The notes under the pieces: generated by a model
Databases searched by the model: none
What the model saw: the letters and a program-made list of their open reading frames with translations, nothing else
Told to the model about the DNA's origin: nothing
Shown here: piece by piece, positions 25,201 to 28,555 of the stretch
Layout of the letters: every line of letters starts with the position of its first letter
Position numbering within the stretch: position 1 is the stretch's first letter
Origin: a virus
Taxonomy: Duplodnaviria > Caudoviricetes
Virus record (IMG/VR): IMGVR_UViG_3300000756_000035
Location: 1-28,555 of that record
Reading direction: 5' to 3' (one strand)
DNA length: 28,555 nt
Translations under genes and position numbers: made by a program

Positions 25201-28200
25201 GTTCCAGAAGTACCGGCACTACCGGCAGTACCAGTTGAACCACTGGTACCACTGGTACCACTACTTCCACCTGTACCGGATGTTCCAGAAGTTCCTGATG
25301 TACCAGATGTTCCAGAAGTTCCGGACGAACCTTCACTACCAGAAGTTCCTGATGTTCCCGATGTTCCTGATGTTCCTGATGTTCCGGAAGTACCATCACT
25401 ACCAGTTGAACCTGAAGTTCCGGAACTTCCAGAAGTGCCACTTGTTCCTGATGTGCCACTTGTTCCTGAAGTTCCAGATGAACCACTTGTGCCGCTTGTA
25501 CCAGAAGTTCCTGATGTTCCGGATGAACCTTCACTACCAGAAGTTCCGGAAGTTCCGGAAGTACCCTCCGAACCAGTTGTTCCTGATGTTCCAGATGTAC
25601 CAGAAGTTCCATCACTACCTGTTGTGCCACTTGTTCCTGATGTTCCAGAAGTTCCATCACTACCGGTTGTACCAGATGTTCCTGAGGTTCCTGAAGTTCC
25701 TGAAGTACCGGCCGAACCTTCGGTTCCAGATGTACCAGAAGAACCTTCACTTCCACTTGTACCGGAAGTTCCAGATGTTCCAGATGAGCCCGCCGAACCT
25801 TCGGTTCCAGATGTACCAGACGTTCCAGATGTACCAGCCGAACCTTCAGTTCCAGATGTACCAGCCGAACCATCTAATCCAGATGAACCTTGTACACCTG
25901 CTATATTTCTTCTTTCTAATTTTTTTGTTGATGAATTCCAAACTACCACATCTTCCGATGAACCAGATACCAACGAACCTATTAATACACTACCACTAAC
26001 ACCTAAACTTCCACTAATTGTAAGCGATGCGTTAATTGTACTATTTGTATTAATTTGTAAGAATGATGCAGTATCAGTATTAGCAGATGCTAGTGCAAAT
26101 AGTGCGTAAGATGCGGTGAATGCTAAAGATGCAGTTCCAACTAACATTGAAGAAGTTTGTGAACTAAGTAAATCACCAACACCACCACCACCGCCACCAC
26201 CTAATATTGTTACCAATACCCCATCTGAACCAGATGGTGTTACATTAACACCAGAACCAGTAAAATGTATTTTTCCTACTTGTGCTTTTACTAATGAACT
26301 GGTTTGGTATATAAATAATTCAGTACCACCACCGGCCCCTGCATTTAATGCGTATGATGCGGTTAATGCATAAGAAGCACTTACTGCACTAAACACCGCC
26401 ATTGATGATGTTTTATTATTTGTTACAAAGTTTTGTAAATCACCTAATGCTGCTAATGATGCAGAATTAAATCCCACAAGTGAATTTGCCACTTCAGCAA
26501 CATCTGCGTGTGATGCTGATAAGACTGTACCAATTACTCTATTTCCTGGTATTGTTCCATTTATCAACGAACCTCCACTACCAATTACAGCATGTCCAGA
26601 TGTTAATCCAGCAAATTTAATTTGTATCGTATTTTCATCAATAGATTTAATAGTACCAGCAATAATCTGGTCTTCCGAACCAGTTGCGTATATTTGTACC
26701 ATCGGATAACGAATATCCAAATTGTGTACTATTGTTAAATCACTTACATTACTAAATGATACAGTTTCAGTTAATGATGTTTCAGGTTGTGGAATAAAGT
26801 ATCCTTGAGTTTCACTATATCTTAAAATATCATATTGTGCCGATGCAGTTGGTCCTACTCCTTGAAAATTATAAGTTCCTAAAAATGAGCCACTAATTAA
26901 TGGAGAGAAAATATAATTACTACCAGTTATACTATTTGCTCTTAAATTTGTATCAACATACATATCACCATAAAAAGATGATGATGCGTTTACTACGAAT
27001 CCATTATTAGGTGATATTGATGCTGTAAATGAACCACTCTTTAATATAAATGTTTCAAATGATATATTTGCTAAAGTAATATTTGTCAATCCACTACCAT
27101 CACCATAATATGCTGAGCCACTTGCTACTACAACATTGCCACCAGTCACAAACAATCCACCACTAACAGATAACGATGCTGATATTCTAGCCTTTGTATT
27201 TATTTCTAGTCCTTTGTTTGGAGAAATTACCGCTTCTGCAGAACCTGATATGATTCTATCTAATTGTAAGTCTTCCAATGCTTCTGCAGGAATGTTAAAT
27301 AAACCACTACCATCTCCATCATAACGAGATGCTGTTATTGGCACATTAACTGATAATTTTTCAGGATCAATAATTGCTATACCAGAACCAGAATTAATTT
27401 TTGCCAATTCAAGTCCTTCAATTGATTCGGGTGGAATGTTAAATAAACCACTACCATCTCCATCAAAACGAGATGATGATATTGAACCACTAATAATTAC
27501 AGAACCAGTAAATTCAGAACCATAATAAGAACCAGAATTTGCACCAACTGGTGAAAAATTACCGTTTGTTCTTACAATAAATTGTATTCCACTTTGAACT
27601 GATGCAGTTGCCGAACCACTTGCTATTAAAGGAGCTGCGGATGCTTGTACATTGGTTAATTGAGAACCATCTCCTGCGAATGAAAATGCTCTAATACTAC
27701 CACTTACATCAATAGAACCCGTAAATCTAGAACCAATAACTGAACCAGTTGCTCCAGTTGTTACTATAAACGTATTACCACTTTGAACTGATGCTGTTGC
27801 AGAACCACTACCAATAAAAGGTGCGGCTGCTGCTTGTACGTTTGTTATAAACGTACCATCGCCTAATATAAATTGAGCTTTAATACTACCACTTACATCA
27901 ACACTACCAGTAAACCTAGAACCAAATTGTACATCCTGTCCACTTCCAGTTGCTCCAGTTGTTATTATAAACGTATCCCCACTCGTTACAGATGCAGTTG
28001 CCGAACCACTTGCTATCAATGGTGCTGCTGATGCCTGTACATTTGTTAATTGAGAACCATCTCCTATAAAATTAAATGCTCTAACACTACCACTAACATC
28101 AACACTACCGGTAAATTGAGAACCTATTTGAGAACCTGTAAATGCTGTAATTACTCTAAACCCAAAATCCGGACTTACAGAAGCAGTTACCGAACCGGAT

Positions 28201-28555
28201 TTAATTTCCGTACTAACAAGTGCATCTTCTGTCAACGCAGAACGAGGAATGTTTCTTAGAAATGTACCCTCACCATAATATACTGAGGATGATGCTAAAA
28301 ATAATCCACCACTTATTTCATTTATAAATAAACTTCCACTTATATCAACAGAGCCGGTTAAACGTGACCCGATTTGAGTATCATATATAAAGTTTGGATT
28401 GCCATCAACTACATTTATACTACCAGACATACTTGAATGTAATTGGCAATTATAATATAATGTATTTGGTGCACTTCCAGAAACTAGGAATCTTATTTGC
28501 CCAACATCTTCACCATTATTAGTTACCCAAGAATAATATCCACTATTAGTACCAA
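22230..28555 (-). CDS. Giant Gly-Thr-Ser tract fibre protein, 5'-truncated (true start is outside the window)
   Basis: The frame stays open for 41 codons upstream of the track's Met at 28430 (GTNSGYYSWVTNNGEDVGQIRFLVSGSAPNTLYYNCQLHSSM). It has GDGS repeats, an HNL..YPMVQIY domain, a GTS tract and a C-terminal ITWPASIDWVGGLSPILT..GVDVLVFYTYNGG fibre-end domain. Confidence 0.85.
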   Translation of the reverse strand, partial: GTNSGYYSWVTNNGEDVGQIRFLVSGSAPNTLYYNCQLHSSMSGSINVVDGNPNFIYDTQIGSRLTGSVDISGSLFINEISGGLFLASSSVYYGEGTFLRNIPRSALTEDALVSTEIKSGSVTASVSPDFGFRVITAFTGSQIGSQFTGSVDVSGSVRAFNFIGDGSQLTNVQASAAPLIASGSATASVTSGDTFIITTGATGSGQDVQFGSRFTGSVDVSGSIKAQFILGDGTFITNVQAAAAPFIGSGSATASVQSGNTFIVTTGATGSVIGSRFTGSIDVSGSIRAFSFAGDGSQLTNVQASAAPLIASGSATASVQSGIQFIVRTNGNFSPVGANSGSYYGSEFTGSVIISGSISSSRFDGDGSGLFNIPPESIEGLELAKINSGSGIAIIDPEKLSVNVPITASRYDGDGSGLFNIPAEALEDLQLDRIISGSAEAVISPNKGLEINTKARISASLSVSGGLFVTGGNVVVASGSAYYGDGSGLTNITLANISFETFILKSGSFTASISPNNGFVVNASSSFYGDMYVDTNLRANSITGSNYIFSPLISGSFLGTYNFQGVGPTASAQYDILRYSETQGYFIPQPETSLTETVSFSNVSDLTIVHNLDIRYPMVQIYATGSEDQIIAGTIKSIDENTIQIKFAGLTSGHAVIGSGGSLINGTIPGNRVIGTVLSASHADVAEVANSLVGFNSASLAALGDLQNFVTNNKTSSMAVFSAVSASYALTASYALNAGAGGGTELFIYQTSSLVKAQVGKIHFTGSGVNVTPSGSDGVLVTILGGGGGGGVGDLLSSQTSSMLVGTASLAFTASYALFALASANTDTASFLQINTNSTINASLTISGSLGVSGSVLIGSLVSGSSEDVVVWNSSTKKLERRNIAGVQGSSGLDGSAGTSGTEGSAGTSGTSGTSGTEGSAGSSGTSGTSGTSGSEGSSGTSGTEGSAGTSGTSGTSGTSGTTGSDGTSGTSGTSGTTGSDGTSGTSGTSGTTGSEGTSGTSGTSGSEGSSGTSGTSGTSGTSGSSGTSGTSGTSGTSGTSGSSGTSGSTGSDGTSGTSGTSGTSGTSGTSGSEGSSGTSGTSGTSGTSGTSGTGGSSGTSGTSGSTGTAGSAGTSGTSGTSGTSGTSGTSGGAGTNGSSGTSGTSGTSGENGTSGSSGTSGSSGTSGSDGVSGTSGTSGTSGTSGSAGSSGTSGTTGSAGSSGTSGSSGTSGTSGSEGSSGTSGTSGTSGTSGTTGSDGTSGTSGTSGSAGSSGTSGTSGTTGSDGTSGTSGTTGSDGTSGTSGTSGTDGTSGTSGTSGTTGSAGTSGTSGVDGSSGTSGTNGSSGTSGSEGTSGTSGTSGISGSDGTSGTSGTNGSSGTSGSDGTSGTSGSEGTSGTSGTNGSEGTSGTSGINGTSGTSGSNGTSGTSGTDGTSGTSGISGSDGTSGTSGIDGSSGTSGTNGSSGTSGTSGTSGTSGSGGTSGTSGTSGLDGTFFGSSGTSGISGTSGTSGTSGIDGTSGTSGTSGLDGTYFGSSGTSGISGTDGTSGTSGSDGTSGTSGTSGTSGTSGLDGTFFGSSGTSGTSGESGTSGTSGVGTNGTSGSAGTSGLDGTFFGTSGTSGADGSSGTSGAGSSGTSGTSGTSGTSGLDGTFFGTSGTSGFDGTSGTSGTSGLDGTSGSAGTSGTSGLDGTYFGSSGTSGANGTDGTSGTSGVSGSSGTSGTSGTSGVNGTMFGSSGTSGTSGTSGTSGESGSSGTSGTSGTSGLNGTMFGSSGTSGTSGTSGTSGENGTSGTSGTSGTSGVNGTMFGSSGTSGAIGTDGTSGTSGGNGTSGINGTSGTSGTSGTSGVNGTMFGSSGTSGANGSTGSAGADGSSGTSGTNAPGFSSGTSGTSGISGSGGSAGTSGTNAPGFSSGTSGTSGESGSAGTSGTNAPGFSSGTSGTSGINGTGGSGGTSGTSVPGVTSGTSGTSGFPITGTTNNAVLTYIDSPIGVQAEPNLTFDGTTISLTGNIGASGYISSTTFRETYSDLATGGSVTLDLSTANNFRRQFNATATIAFSNPPASNAFGFTLVVVNAGAFSITWPASIDWVGGLSPILTSSGVDVLVFYTYNGGSSYYGFVTGKNLS
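22695..25898 (-). repeat. Gly-X-Y (G-T-S) tract, 1068 codons, punctuated in its distal part
   Basis: Seen in the translation as degenerate 9-bp periodicity. Confidence 0.97.
27075..28280 (-). repeat. Seven ~45-70-aa repeats, each ending in G(D/E)G(S/T)x(L/I)xN
   Basis: Units of the form IxSGSATASV...GSxFTGSVDVSGSxRAxxFxGDGSQLTNVQAxAAP. Three are closely similar (27631-28209). Confidence 0.85.

Noticed and set aside
23443-26109. 888-aa plus-strand Val/Pro ORF and overlapping 419-, 344-, 200- and 125-aa ORFs
   Set aside because: Same shadow effect of the 1068-codon GTS tract. Their extents track the repeat.
1-28555. Alternative genetic code (stop codon reassignment)
   Set aside because: All long genes are intact under code 11, coding density is high, and the single TGA stop is followed by TAG two codons later.

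Overview
The whole window is one AT-rich, minus-strand morphogenesis cluster for a contractile (myovirus-type) tail, most likely from a large uncultured phage. The general lack of Shine-Dalgarno sequences hints at a Bacteroidota host (inference). In transcription order (right to left) it encodes: a >2100-aa fibre with a 1068-codon Gly-Thr-Ser tract (5'-truncated by the window edge), a PKD/LRR-like putative adhesin, a tail-fibre assembly chaperone, two small virion proteins, a 2822-aa modular fibre with a second Gly-Thr-Ser tract and a C-terminal S74 autocleaving chaperone, a small fibre-associated protein, tail sheath, tail tube, a tail assembly chaperone with an unannotated frameshift extension, a 71-aa ORF, tape measure, tube-initiator-like protein, LysM baseplate protein, and a 3'-truncated baseplate hub missing from the ORF track. 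The most notable observations are: (1) a candidate +1/-2 programmed frameshift at a U7 run; (2) giant proline-poor (G-T-S)n tracts bracketed by shared entry and exit modules; (3) an [S/T]-G-S motif confined to predicted surface-exposed virion parts, possibly a modification signal; (4) a sense-strand ATATTTATA promoter-like motif that repeatedly follows terminator hairpins; (5) twelve YDxDxTGYY joints separating variable fibre modules; and (6) a cupredoxin-like C-x2-H-x2-M motif hidden upstream of the annotated start of the last ORF. All family assignments come from motif recognition and gene order, not database searches.
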